Part shown: in pieces, positions 27,879 to 39,095 of the stretch | Layout: each line of letters begins with the position of its first letter | Numbering within the stretch: position 1 is the stretch's first letter | Assembly (NCBI GenBank): GCA_963716255.1 | Contig: OY970303.1 | Location: 4,800,001-4,864,000 of the forward strand | Origin: an uncultured Gemmatimonadales bacterium | GTDB lineage: Bacteria > Gemmatimonadota > Gemmatimonadetes > Longimicrobiales > Longimicrobiaceae | DNA: 64,000 nt | Reading direction: 5' to 3' | The notes under the pieces: generated by a model | The model's input: only the letters and a program-made list of their open reading frames with translations | What the model was told of the DNA's origin: nothing | The model's database searches: none | Position numbers and translations under genes: made by a program

Positions 27879-29081
27879 CTACTTCCCGACCGCGTTGATC
27901 ATGTCGAACATGGGCATGTACATGGCCACCACCATGCCGCCGATCACCACGCCCATGACCACGATCATGATGGGCTCCAGCACCGAGGTGAGCGCCGACA
28001 CCGCCGCGTCCACCTCGTCGTCGTAGAAGTCGGCGATCTTGGAGAGCATCTCGTCCAGCCCGCCCGTCTGCTCGCCCACGTTGATCATCTGCACCACCAT
28101 GGGCGGGAACACCCCTGAGGTCTTGAGCGGCTCCGCGATGGTGGCCCCCTGCGCGATGGAAGCCCGCGACGCCATGACCGCGTCGTGGATGACCCGGTTG
28201 CCCGAGGTGCGCGCCGTGATCTGGAGGCCTTCCAGGATCGACACGCCCGACGACACCAGCGTCCCCAGCGTCCGCGTGAAGCGCGACACCGCCGACTTGC
28301 GCAGCATCACCCCCAGCACCGGCATCTTCAGCATCGCCCGGTCGATGACCAGCTGCCCGCCCTCCGTCTTGTAGTAGCGGCGCAGCAGAAACGCCGCCAC
28401 GATGATCGCCACGATGATGAGCAGGATGTAGCTCTGGAGGAACGCGCTCACCGCCAGCACCACCCGCGTGGGCATGGGCAGCGCCAGGCCCGCGTCCAGG
28501 AAGATGCCCGCGAACACCGGCACCACCTTCCACAGCAGGATGGTGGTGGCCGCCACCACCACGAAGAGCATCACCGCGGGGTACGTCATGGCGCCCTTGA
28601 TCTTGCGGACCAGGGCGTCGTTCTTCTCCAGGAAGGTCGCCAGGCGCAGCAGGATCACGTCCAGGATGCCGCCCGCCTCGCCGGCCGCCACCATGTTGAC
28701 GTACAGCTCGGTGAACACCTGGGGGTGCTTCTTCATGGAGTCGGCCAGCGTCTGCCCCGACTCGATGTCGTGCAGCACCTCGCTGATCATCTTGCCGAAG
28801 CGCTTGTTCTCCGTCTGCTCCGCGAGGATGGAAAGGCTCTGCACCAGCGGCAGCCCCGAGTTGATCATCGTGGCGAACTGCCGCGTGAAGATCACCACCT
28901 CTCGCGTCTTGACTCCCGAGCCGAAGGTGATGTTGATGTCCTTGGCCTTGGGGCGGACGGCGACCGGGATCAGCCGCTGCCGGCGCAGGAAGCCGATGAC
29001 CTCGTCCTGCGTGGGGAGGTCGATCTCCCCCGCCTGGATGTCGCCCGCCAGGGTGCGGGCGCTGTAGCTGAAGACGGGCAT
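27879..29081 (-). CDS. pilC: Type IV pilus platform protein PilC
   Basis: FTRQFATMINSGLPL, AGEAGG.LD, GEQTGGLDEML, EPIMIV..AMYMPMF. Confidence 0.96.
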   Translation of the reverse strand: MPVFSYSARTLAGDIQAGEIDLPTQDEVIGFLRRQRLIPVAVRPKAKDINITFGSGVKTREVVIFTRQFATMINSGLPLVQSLSILAEQTENKRFGKMISEVLHDIESGQTLADSMKKHPQVFTELYVNMVAAGEAGGILDVILLRLATFLEKNDALVRKIKGAMTYPAVMLFVVVAATTILLWKVVPVFAGIFLDAGLALPMPTRVVLAVSAFLQSYILLIIVAIIVAAFLLRRYYKTEGGQLVIDRAMLKMPVLGVMLRKSAVSRFTRTLGTLVSSGVSILEGLQITARTSGNRVIHDAVMASRASIAQGATIAEPLKTSGVFPPMVVQMINVGEQTGGLDEMLSKIADFYDDEVDAAVSALTSVLEPIMIVVMGVVIGGMVVAMYMPMFDMINAVGK

Positions 29082-29088
29082 AGGGACT

Positions 29089-29192
29089 ACAGGGAACAGG
29101 GAACAGGAATAGGGAACAGCCGGCAGCTAGGAGCAGGGAACCGAGCCGTCCCGTCGAACCCTCGCACTCACGGACTTTCGCACTCACGCACT
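29089..29192. repeat. Short tandem repeats (GGGAACA heptamers; cgcactca/cgcacttt octamers); heptamers recur inverted at 53977-54005
   Basis: cagggaacagggaacaggaatagggaacag and cgcactcacggactttcgcactcacgcac seen directly. Confidence 0.6.
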
Positions 29193-29197
29193 TCGGT

Positions 29198-30274
29198 TCA
29201 GACCGGAATCGGCTCGCCCACCATCCTGAGGAACTCCGCCTGGTCGGAGGAGTGCTTCAGGCACTCCTCCAGCGACACCTCGCGCTGCATGTAGAGCTGG
29301 TAGAGGGCGTCGTTCAGCGTCTGCATCCCGTGCTTCTTTCCGGCCTGCATGATGGAGTAGATCTGGTGCACTTTGTCGTCGCGGATGCAGGAGCGGATCG
29401 CCGGCGTGCACACCATGATCTCGGCCGCCATGCTCCGGCCGCGGCCGCGCGCCTTGGGGAGGAGCTGCTGCGTCAGCACCCCCTCCAGCACGAAGGCGAG
29501 CTGGGCGCGCACCTGCGGCTGCTGGTGCGACGGAAACACGTCGATGACGCGGTTGATGGTTTCCGCGCACGAGTTTGTGTGCAGCGTCGCGAGGCACAGG
29601 TGGCCCGTCTCCGCGATGGTGAGCGCCGCCTGGATGGTCTCCAGGTCGCGGAGCTCGCCCACCAGGATCACGTCCGGGTCCTGCCGCAGCGCGTACTTGA
29701 GCGCCCGCGAGAAGCTCTGCGTGTCCGCCCCCACCTCCCGCTGGTTCACCATGCACCCCTGGTGGCGGTGGATGAACTCGATGGGGTCCTCGATGGTGAG
29801 GATGTGCCCGCGCCGCTCCTTGTTGATCTTGTCGATCATGGCGGCCAGCGTGGTGCTCTTCCCCGAGCCGGTGGGCCCCGTCACCAGCACCAGCCCGCGC
29901 GGCTTCTCCGCGAGCTTCTGCACCACCGGCGGCAGCTTCAGGTCGTCGAAGGTGAGGATCTTGAAGGGAATCTGCCGGATGGCCAGGGCCACGCAGCCGC
30001 GCTGCCGGTACACGTTGCCGCGGAAGCGCGCCAGGTTCTGGATCCCGAAGGAGAAGTCCAGCTCGTCCTCGGTCTCGAACCGCTTCTTCTGGTTCTCGGT
30101 GAGGATGGAGTAGGTGAGCTGGAGGGTGTCCTTGGGGGTGAGGATGTAGTCCCCGGAGCTGTCGGTGATCGCCCCGTCGATGCGGAGCTTGGGGCGCTCG
30201 CCCGCGGTGATGTGCAGGTCGGAGGCGCCCCGCTCGATCATCTCTTCCAGGAGGGCGCGGAGATTCAGGCTCAT
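29198..30274 (-). CDS. pilT: Type IV pilus retraction ATPase PilT
   Basis: ASDLHIT, GPTGSGKST, TIEDPIE, ALRQDPD, AETGHL..TLHT, AIRSCIR; start MSLNL at 30274. Confidence 0.96.
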   Translation of the reverse strand: MSLNLRALLEEMIERGASDLHITAGERPKLRIDGAITDSSGDYILTPKDTLQLTYSILTENQKKRFETEDELDFSFGIQNLARFRGNVYRQRGCVALAIRQIPFKILTFDDLKLPPVVQKLAEKPRGLVLVTGPTGSGKSTTLAAMIDKINKERRGHILTIEDPIEFIHRHQGCMVNQREVGADTQSFSRALKYALRQDPDVILVGELRDLETIQAALTIAETGHLCLATLHTNSCAETINRVIDVFPSHQQPQVRAQLAFVLEGVLTQQLLPKARGRGRSMAAEIMVCTPAIRSCIRDDKVHQIYSIMQAGKKHGMQTLNDALYQLYMQREVSLEECLKHSSDQAEFLRMVGEPIPV

Positions 30275-30632
30275 GGCGTGGGGCTGCGGGTTGCTGCGGA
30301 AGTTTCGGGCCGGCCGCCGGGGCGGTCGAGGCAGGATGCAACGAGCCTTGCGGCTTGCAAGGGCCCCGCTCCGGGAAAGGCCGGTGATCGCTGGGGTTTT
30401 CGGCGTTCGGGGGGAGTGAAGACCAAGTTCCGTGCCGGAGCGGGGAAGTGCGAAAGTGCGGGAGAACGGGAGTGCGGAACGGCCGGGGAGGCCCGAAAAC
30501 TCTGCCGCTCCGGGAAGATCGTTCGGGTCGGCGGAGGGGGCGGAAAAAGGAAGTGCGAGAGGCCGAGTGGGGCACTCTCGCACTTTCGCAGCGGGGCGGC
30601 GGCCGGGCGGGGCCGCACTGTCGCGCCTCCGT

Positions 30633-32345
<1,713 letters not shown>

Positions 32346-32406
32346 TAGGATTGCCTGTTGAGCTTGCGGAGGGGGGAGAGAACGTTCACCGCAAGCGTAT
32401 GCGCTG

Positions 32407-33075
32407 TCAAGGGGAAGCGTGCACCAGCGGGAGGAGGCGCTCCAGCGACTTTTGGCCGATTCCCGGCACCCCGTCCAGCTCCGCCGCCGCGCGGAAGCGC
32501 CCGTGCTCGGCTCGCCAGGCCACGATCCGCTGCGCCAGCGCCGGCCCGATCCCCGGCAGCGCCTCCAGCTCCGCCGCCGTGGCGGTGTTGAGGTCCAGCG
32601 TGCCGGAGGCGGAGGACTGCGCGGCGGGCATCGCGGCCGCCCGGCGGGCGCCGGCCGGAGCGCGGGAGGACGGCGGGGCGGGGGCGAGGGCCAGGTGCGG
32701 GGCCACCTCCGCCAGCAGCGCCGGCCCCACGCCGGGGACCGAGTCCAGGTCGGCGAGGGTGCGGAAGGGGCCGGCGGTCTGCCGCCGCGCCACGATCTTG
32801 GCCGCGAGCCCCGGCCCCACCCGGGGGAGCCGCTCCAGCTCCGTGGCCGTGGCGGTGTTGGGGTCGATGCGCTCGTCCGCGCCCAGCGGGCGCGAGGCCC
32901 GCTCCGCGCGCTCGGCGGCCTCGCCGGAGCGGGCGAGGAGGGCGCCGGTGGTCCCCGCCGTCTCCGCGGCGCTCCACTCGGCCGGGGGCGGCTCGTGGCG
33001 CAGCGTCTTCGCCCCCACCCCGAAGGCGAGGAGGAGGGCGACCACCCCCAGCCCGGTACGCTCCTGCGTGGTCAC
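32407..33075 (-). CDS. comEA: ComEA-family DNA-binding protein with two helix-hairpin-helix domains
   Basis: N-terminal TM segment; NTATATELERLPRVGPGLA and NTATAAELEALPGIGPALA. Confidence 0.88.
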   Translation of the reverse strand: MTTQERTGLGVVALLLAFGVGAKTLRHEPPPAEWSAAETAGTTGALLARSGEAAERAERASRPLGADERIDPNTATATELERLPRVGPGLAAKIVARRQTAGPFRTLADLDSVPGVGPALLAEVAPHLALAPAPPSSRAPAGARRAAAMPAAQSSASGTLDLNTATAAELEALPGIGPALAQRIVAWRAEHGRFRAAAELDGVPGIGQKSLERLLPLVHASP

Positions 33076-33079
33076 GAGC

Positions 33080-34042
33080 TCACCCTCCCCGGTACACCAG
33101 CTCGGCGATCACCTCTCCGACGATGCGGAGGCTCTCGGCGCTGGTGTTCTCCGGGACGTCCTGGGGGGTGTGCCAGTAGCGGTTCCCCGGGCCGTACTCG
33201 AAGTCGATGATGTCGATGGTGCGGATCCCCGCCTCGTTGAGCGGGACGTGGTCGTCCTGGATCTGCCCGCCGTCGGACATGGGGAACACGTCGCCGTAGC
33301 CCATCTCCTGCGCCAGGCTCCACACGCGCTGCACCACCTCGGGGGCGAAGCGCTGCGAGTTGCCCTCCACGGGGAAGCGCGGGGTCCGGTCGCCCACCAT
33401 GTCCAGCAGGACGCCGTAGAAGGGGCGGTAGCCGGCGGCGAGAGTGGCGGCGAAGTGCTTAGCCCCCAGGTACATGTCGTCGCCGGTGGGGCCGTAGTCC
33501 TCGCCGTCCACCAGCAGCAGGTCCACGCCGATGCCGGCGGGCTTCCGCTTGAGCATGTCCGCCAGCTCCAGCAGCACCGCGACCCCCGAGGCCCCGTCGT
33601 TGGCGCCGGGGACGGGCCTGCTGCGGTCCGCGCCGGCCGCCTGGTCGGAGGTGGGGCGGGTGTCCCAGTGCGCCACCAGCAGCACGCGGTCCTGCGCGTC
33701 CGGGCGGAAGCGGGCGAACAGGTTGGTCATGCGCAGCGTCCGGCCGCTCCGGGTGACGTGCGTGAACGGCTGCTCCACCACCGTGTCCGCGCGGGCGGCG
33801 AGGTACTCCTTCATCCACTGGAGCTGCGCGGCGTGGCCGGGCGTCCCCGGGATCCGCGGCCCGAAGGCGACCTGCCGCCGCAGGTGCTCGAAAGCCCGGG
33901 CGGAGTCGAAGGCGGGGCGGTCGGCGCGCGGCCCGGCGGGGGCGCCGGGGGCTTCGCCGGCGGAGCCGCTCCGGTCGCAGCCGGGCGCGAGGGCGAGCGC
34001 GAGCAGGAGCAGGGAACGAACGGCCAGAGAGGACGGTATCAC
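33080..34042 (-). CDS. M28-family peptidase / glutaminyl-cyclase-like lipoprotein
   Basis: Lipobox LAPGC; AHWDTR, GANDGASGV, DGEDYG, LLDMVG, QDDH, WHT. Confidence 0.9.
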   Translation of the reverse strand: MIPSSLAVRSLLLLALALAPGCDRSGSAGEAPGAPAGPRADRPAFDSARAFEHLRRQVAFGPRIPGTPGHAAQLQWMKEYLAARADTVVEQPFTHVTRSGRTLRMTNLFARFRPDAQDRVLLVAHWDTRPTSDQAAGADRSRPVPGANDGASGVAVLLELADMLKRKPAGIGVDLLLVDGEDYGPTGDDMYLGAKHFAATLAAGYRPFYGVLLDMVGDRTPRFPVEGNSQRFAPEVVQRVWSLAQEMGYGDVFPMSDGGQIQDDHVPLNEAGIRTIDIIDFEYGPGNRYWHTPQDVPENTSAESLRIVGEVIAELVYRGG

Positions 34043-34151
34043 GGACGCTTCTTTCTCGGGGGTGCCGGGAGAGCGGGGGAGGTGCGCGGGTGGGGATGTC
34101 AAGCTATACTAGGGCGTCCCTTTCCGCACAGCAAGTATCGGCCATTCGCGG

Positions 34152-35537
34152 ATGAAGATCCTTACGCGCTACCTCCTGCGGGCTCACGTCGGCCCGTTTT
34201 TGTTTGCCTTCATGGCGCTCACGGGCGTCATCACCATCAACACCCTGGCCCGCCGGCTCGCGGAGCTGGCCGGGAAAGGGCTTCCCCTGGACGTCGTTTT
34301 CCGCTTCTTCGTGCTGTCGCTCCCGGCCACCATGGCGCTGACCTTTCCCATGGCGGTGCTGGTGTCGGTGCTGTACACCTTCTCCAACCTCACCGCGGAC
34401 AACGAGGTGACGGCGCTGAAGGCCAGCGGGATCGACCTGAAGCGGCTGCTCCTCCCCCTCTTCGTGGCGGCGGCGCTGATCGCGGGCGGGATGGTGTGGT
34501 TCAACGACCGGGTCCTGCCGGAGAGCAACCACCGCTGGAGCCAGCTGATGGTGGACATCGGGCGCAAGAGCCCGCTGTTCATCCTCCGGCCGCAGGTCAT
34601 CAACCGCATCCCCACCGCGGACGGCCGCTCGTTCTTTTTGCGCGCGGCCCGCACGGACCCCAACACCAGCCGTTTGTGGGACGTGGTGATCTACGACGTC
34701 AGCCAGCCGCGCATCATGCGCACGGTGTACGCGGACTCGGGGGTGATGGCCTTCAACACCGCCCGCACCGACCTGCTGCTGACGCTGTACGACGGCCACC
34801 TGCGCGAGGTGGACATGGACCAGCCGGCGGGCTTCCAGCGCGTCGCCTTCAAGCAGCAGATGCGCCGCATCCCCGGGGTGGCGAACCAGCTCCAGGTGGG
34901 GAGCGCGGCCGGCAGCTACCGCGGCGACCGCGAGATGACGGTGGGGATGCTCCAGGCCCGGGTGGACTCGCTCCGGGTGCAGCTGCGGCAGGTCAAGGCC
35001 GACGCGCACCGCACGGCGGGCGACGACCTGGCGCGCGCCCTGGGCCGCGGCCCCAGGGCCGACCCCGGCGAGGCGCCGCTGGCCTCGGGGATGGTGAGGC
35101 AGGACGCGGCGCAGGCCGCCCGCTTCGCGGCGGACAACCTGGCGTCGTCGCTGGGGCGCGCGCGCGAGCTGCAGCGCCAGATGCGCGAGTACCGGGTGGA
35201 GGTGCAGAAGAAGTACTCCATCGCCGCGGCGACGCTGGTGTTCGTGCTGGTGGGGGCGCCGCTGGCGATCCGCTTCCCGCGGGGCGGGGTGGGAATGGTG
35301 ATCGCCTTCAGCCTGGTGATCTTCGCCATCTACTACGTGGGGCTGATCGGCGGGGAAACGCTGGCGGACGAGGGGTACGTGACCCCGGAGTGGGCCATGT
35401 GGATCGTCAACGTGGTCATGGCGGGGCTGGGGGTGTTCTGGGTGGCGCGGATGGGGAACGAGACCTCGTCGGCGCGCAGCGGCCCCTGGGACGAGTGGGT
35501 GGAGCGGCTGCGCGCCCGGTTCGGAGGCCGCGCATGA
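34152..35537 (+). CDS. lptF: LPS export permease LptF
   Basis: MKILTRYLL..PMAVLVSVL..DNEVTALKASG; YjgP/Q topology. Confidence 0.9.
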   Translation: MKILTRYLLRAHVGPFLFAFMALTGVITINTLARRLAELAGKGLPLDVVFRFFVLSLPATMALTFPMAVLVSVLYTFSNLTADNEVTALKASGIDLKRLLLPLFVAAALIAGGMVWFNDRVLPESNHRWSQLMVDIGRKSPLFILRPQVINRIPTADGRSFFLRAARTDPNTSRLWDVVIYDVSQPRIMRTVYADSGVMAFNTARTDLLLTLYDGHLREVDMDQPAGFQRVAFKQQMRRIPGVANQLQVGSAAGSYRGDREMTVGMLQARVDSLRVQLRQVKADAHRTAGDDLARALGRGPRADPGEAPLASGMVRQDAAQAARFAADNLASSLGRARELQRQMREYRVEVQKKYSIAAATLVFVLVGAPLAIRFPRGGVGMVIAFSLVIFAIYYVGLIGGETLADEGYVTPEWAMWIVNVVMAGLGVFWVARMGNETSSARSGPWDEWVERLRARFGGRA

Positions 35538-36607
35538 TCAAGCTGCTGGACCGCTACGTGGGCCTGCAGTACCTGCGCACCTTTTCGCTGCTGGTGCTGG
35601 GGCTTCCGCTGCTGTTCGTGGTCACGGACCTCACGGACAACCTGGACACGTACGTGGACAAGGGGCTGTCGCTCCCCACGGTGGCGCTGTCGTACGTGTA
35701 CCAGATGCCGCTGTTCATCATGTACGCCTTCCCCATCGCGGCGCTGGTGGCGACGGTGTTCACCATCGGGGGGATGACGGGGCACATGGAGATCGGCGCG
35801 GCCAAGGCGGCCGGGGTCTCCTTCTACCGCATCCTGGCGCCCATCATCTTCATCGCGGCGCTGCTGAGCGGGGCGGCGCTGGGGCTGGGCGAGCTGGTGC
35901 CGGTGACCAACGGCATGCGCGCGGTGCTGATGGGGGAGAGCCGCGCCCGCGCGACCACGCTGCGCACCAACTTCGTCTTCCAGACGGAGCGCAGCGGGGT
36001 GCTCTCGGTGCGGCGCCTGGACCCGGGGTCGGCGGAGATGCACGGGGTGGTGCTGGAGCGCAAGACGACGCCGCAGACGCCGGGGGTGCACGGCTTCGCG
36101 GAAACGGCGCGCTGGACGCCGAAGGAAGGCTGGAAGCTGGAGCGCGGCTACCTGCGCGTGCTGACGCACGCGGGCGACGAGCGCACCTTTTCCTTCACCA
36201 GCCTGGGGCTGCCGCAGCTCACGGAAACGCCGGAGGACCTGCTGGCGGAGCCCAAGGAGCCGGAGGAGATGCGCTACGCGGAGATGACGCGGTTCATCGG
36301 CGCCATCGAGCGCTCGGGCGGCGACGCGCGCCCGCTGCTGGTGGAGCGCGCGCAGAAGATCGCGCTGCCGCTGGCGGTGTTCGTGATCGTGCTCTTCGGG
36401 GCGCCGCTCTCCACGAGCTCGCAGCGGGGCGGGGCGGCGTACGGCATCGGCATCAGCCTGATCATCACCCTCGTCTACCTGCTGCTCTTCCGCGTCATGC
36501 GCGCCCTGGGCGAGAGCGGCGCGGTGGAGCCGGTGCTTGCGGCGTGGGTGCCCAACGGGATCTTCCTGGTGGCGGGGCTGTTCCTGCTGTGGCGGGTGAG
36601 GACGTAG
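35534..36607 (+). CDS. lptG: LPS export permease LptG
   Basis: MIKLLDRYV..EIGAAKAAGVSFYR..AAWVPN; ATGA overlap with lptF. Confidence 0.9.
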   Translation: MIKLLDRYVGLQYLRTFSLLVLGLPLLFVVTDLTDNLDTYVDKGLSLPTVALSYVYQMPLFIMYAFPIAALVATVFTIGGMTGHMEIGAAKAAGVSFYRILAPIIFIAALLSGAALGLGELVPVTNGMRAVLMGESRARATTLRTNFVFQTERSGVLSVRRLDPGSAEMHGVVLERKTTPQTPGVHGFAETARWTPKEGWKLERGYLRVLTHAGDERTFSFTSLGLPQLTETPEDLLAEPKEPEEMRYAEMTRFIGAIERSGGDARPLLVERAQKIALPLAVFVIVLFGAPLSTSSQRGGAAYGIGISLIITLVYLLLFRVMRALGESGAVEPVLAAWVPNGIFLVAGLFLLWRVRT

Positions 36608-36665
36608 GGAACGGCAATACGGAGTGCGCGGATACCGGATCTTGTCGGAACGGTCTGGTACGGCG

Positions 36666-36801
36666 GGGTCGGGCGTGCCCCCGGCGGGCGCCGGGGTCGG
36701 GCTTCGGCTCCGTAACGCACGAAACGACCGTGCGTAACGGAGTCGAGCCTCCACGATACTGCCGTGGAGTCTCGCCCCTTCGGGCCGAAATCCCTCACGC
36801 G
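36666..36801 (-). repeat. Structured ~135-bp intergenic repeat, family A, copy 1
   Basis: Reverse complement of gcgtgagggatttcggcccgaaggggcgagac...gggggcacgccc. Confidence 0.9.
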
Positions 36802-36925
36802 GGCTCCGACGCGGCCGCAGGATCCGGCGGGCGCCCGCCTCACGGGTTCCGTATGACAGCGGAAAAGAGACTGTGCGGGAGTCGAACGGCGGCTCCCGCA
36901 CTTCTGCGTTCGTCGCACCGCTTTC

Positions 36926-37225
36926 CTACCCCGCCACCTCGTAGTGCGTGACCCGGGGCTCCAGCTCCAGCAGGTACTCTGCGTCCTCCGGGTAGTAGCG
37001 GGCCCGCTCCGGGTCGTCGCCGGCGAAGGCGCGGACGGCGTCCCACGACTCCCATAGGCTCACCAGCAGGAAGTGCGTCCGGCCGCCCTCGGCGCGGCGC
37101 AGCACCTGCACCCCGCGGTTTCCCTCCGTCGCCCGGTAGTCGGGCACCCCCGTGCGGCTCAGGTATTCCAGGTACGCGTCGGCCCTGTCCGCGGGGACGG
37201 CGCCGTGCCACAGGCGCGCGATCAC
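36926..37225 (-). CDS. Antibiotic biosynthesis monooxygenase (ABM)-like protein
   Basis: IARLWHG..Y.EYL..TG..DY...GNRG..FLLVSLWES..AFAG..ARYYPED. Confidence 0.85.
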   Translation of the reverse strand: MIARLWHGAVPADRADAYLEYLSRTGVPDYRATEGNRGVQVLRRAEGGRTHFLLVSLWESWDAVRAFAGDDPERARYYPEDAEYLLELEPRVTHYEVAG

Positions 37226-37698
37226 GCGGGGCTCCCGGCGCGCACGGCCCTGCGCAGCAGCGCGATCTGCCCGGCGTGGTAGACGGTGTGCTGGACGGCG
37301 CCGTGCAGGGTGGCGTAGCGCGTGGCGGTGCCGGGGTAGGGCGGCTCGTCGAGCCCCGCGTCGTCCAGCGAGGCGACGGCCTCGCGCAGGCGGCGGGCGC
37401 GCTCGTCCAGGCGGCCGAGGAGCGCCTGCCACTCGTCCTCGCTCGCGGCGGCGGCGCGCGGCCAGTCGCCCTCCGCGGGCGCGCGCAGGGGCTCGCCGGC
37501 CAGGCGGCGGAGCAGCGTGTCCTCCCAGGCGGCAAGGTGCTGCACGATCTCGCGGATGCTGTGCGCGCCGGGGACGGGGCGCGCGGCGGCCTCGGCGGCG
37601 GTGACGCCGTCCAGCGCCTCGCGCAGGGAGGGGCCGTGCCACGCCTTGCCCTGGTAGGCGCGGCGCATCTGGTCGAGGATGCGTTGGATCTCGGTCAT
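37222..37698 (-). CDS. DinB-family protein
   Basis: WHGPSL, HSIREIVQHL, QHTVYHAGQI. Confidence 0.9.
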   Translation of the reverse strand: MTEIQRILDQMRRAYQGKAWHGPSLREALDGVTAAEAAARPVPGAHSIREIVQHLAAWEDTLLRRLAGEPLRAPAEGDWPRAAAASEDEWQALLGRLDERARRLREAVASLDDAGLDEPPYPGTATRYATLHGAVQHTVYHAGQIALLRRAVRAGSPA

Positions 37699-37725
37699 GG
37701 GGCGATTTTCTTCGGGTGTGGGCGT

Positions 37726-38028
37726 TCAGGACAGGGCGCGGAGCGCCCAGGCGGCGGCGACTCCGGCGAGGGTGGCGAGCGGGAAGCTGCGCGTGCGCGC
37801 GGCGACGAGCACCGTGGCGGCGCCGGCCAGCGCGGCGGCCGCGCCGCCGGCCAGGAGCGCGGGGGCGAGGAGGGCGGCGAGCACGGCGCCGGGCGCGTGG
37901 CGCAGCCCCGCGGCGACCCGCGGCGAGGGCGCGAGGTGGCTGGTGAGCCAGAGCCCCCCGGCCCGCGCGGCGACGGTGACCGCGGCCATCCCCAGGATGG
38001 CGGCGAGGGCGGCGGGGTCAGCGCGCAT
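37726..38028 (-). CDS. azlD: AzlD-family membrane protein
   Basis: ILGMAAVTV..R..G, PGAVLAALLAP; follows azlC. Confidence 0.8.
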   Translation of the reverse strand: MRADPAALAAILGMAAVTVAARAGGLWLTSHLAPSPRVAAGLRHAPGAVLAALLAPALLAGGAAAALAGAATVLVAARTRSFPLATLAGVAAAWALRALS

Positions 38029-38959
38029 CGCCCAGCCCTCCCGCGACGGCGCCGGCGAGGCCGCCCAGCAGCACGTGCCACCCGTCGGGGAGGAGCGGGG
38101 CGGCGAGCAGCGCCGTTCCGGCGGCCGCGATCCAGGGAGGCAGGCTGCGGCGCGGCCCTTCCCAGAAGGTCACCAGCAGCGCCAGGAAGAGCGCGGTGAC
38201 CAGGAAGTCGAGCCCCCAGCGCTGCGGGTCGGGGAGCCGGCCGCCGAGCGCGCTTCCCAGCAGCGTCCCGCCCACCCAGCCGGCGAACATCGCCACTCCG
38301 CTCCCCAGGAGCACGCCCGCGTCCCTTTCCCCGGCGCGGAAGCGGCCCAGGGCGAGGGTCCAGTTCTCGTCGAAGAGGAAGAGCGCGGCGCCGTAGCGGG
38401 CGCGCCGCGGCAGCCCGGCGAGCCAGGGGCCGAGCGCCGCGCCCAGCAGCACGTAGCGCAGGTTGATGGCGAGGGTGGTGAGGACCAGGGCGGCGACGGG
38501 GAGGGGATGCCTCCACGCCTCCAGCGCCACCAGCTGCGCGGTGCCGGCGGCCACGGTGGCGCTCATCAGCACCGCCTCGCCCGTGCCCATTCCCACCTGG
38601 CGCGCGCCCATCCCGAACACGATGCCGAAGAGCAGGGAGGTGAGCACGAACGGCGCGCCCAGGCGCGCTCCGAGGAGCACGCCCGCGCGCGTGAGCACCA
38701 CCCCGCCGGCGGGCGGCCCGCCCGGCCCGCCGCCCGGCGGGTGCGCTCCCGCCGCCCCGCCGTCCCGCCCCGCCCGCGGCCCCGGGGTGCCGGGCGGCGC
38801 GTACCCGCTCCGCACCAGCTGCGCCCACCCCGCCAGGTACATGGCAAACGCGCGGGCCACGGGCCGTCTCCAGTCCCACGCGCGTCCCGGGGTGCGCGCC
38901 GCGGCCGGGAGCCGCGGTGCGGGGACCCGGCCCGGGTACAGCGTCCTCTCGCCTTGCAT
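38018..38959 (-). CDS. azlC: AzlC-family exporter permease (start uncertain)
   Basis: FGIVFG, MS..V.AGTAQL, INLRYVL, FDENW, WVGGT, GLDF; GGAGG upstream of ATG 38959. Confidence 0.85.
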   Translation of the reverse strand: MQGERTLYPGRVPAPRLPAAARTPGRAWDWRRPVARAFAMYLAGWAQLVRSGYAPPGTPGPRAGRDGGAAGAHPPGGGPGGPPAGGVVLTRAGVLLGARLGAPFVLTSLLFGIVFGMGARQVGMGTGEAVLMSATVAAGTAQLVALEAWRHPLPVAALVLTTLAINLRYVLLGAALGPWLAGLPRRARYGAALFLFDENWTLALGRFRAGERDAGVLLGSGVAMFAGWVGGTLLGSALGGRLPDPQRWGLDFLVTALFLALLVTFWEGPRRSLPPWIAAAGTALLAAPLLPDGWHVLLGGLAGAVAGGLGDAR

Positions 38960-38992
38960 GTCCGCCTCCGGTTTCCATCGTTGTCCCGATCT

Positions 38993-39068
38993 ACCACCAA
39001 AATGCTTTTTGATGGTTAGTTGCATGCTAATGCTGGCGCGCTAACCTGTCAAGGTTTATTTTGATGGT
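38993..39068. promoter_or_regulatory. Two imperfect palindromes in the AT-rich divergent promoter; candidate operators
   Basis: accaccaaaa-tgct-ttttgatggt (38993-39016) and acctgtcaa..ttgatggt (39044-39068). Confidence 0.5.
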
Positions 39069-39095
39069 GTGAAACGCGACTCCGGAGGCACCCCG

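Noticed and set aside
30275..30583. N-terminal extension of PilT
   Set aside because: It spans intergenic repeats; homology starts at MSLNLRALL (30274).
32351..35533. 1418-aa ORF 32351-36607 as one protein
   Set aside because: The first part is antisense to comEA/M28 and out of frame over lptF; only 35534-36607 (lptG) is real.
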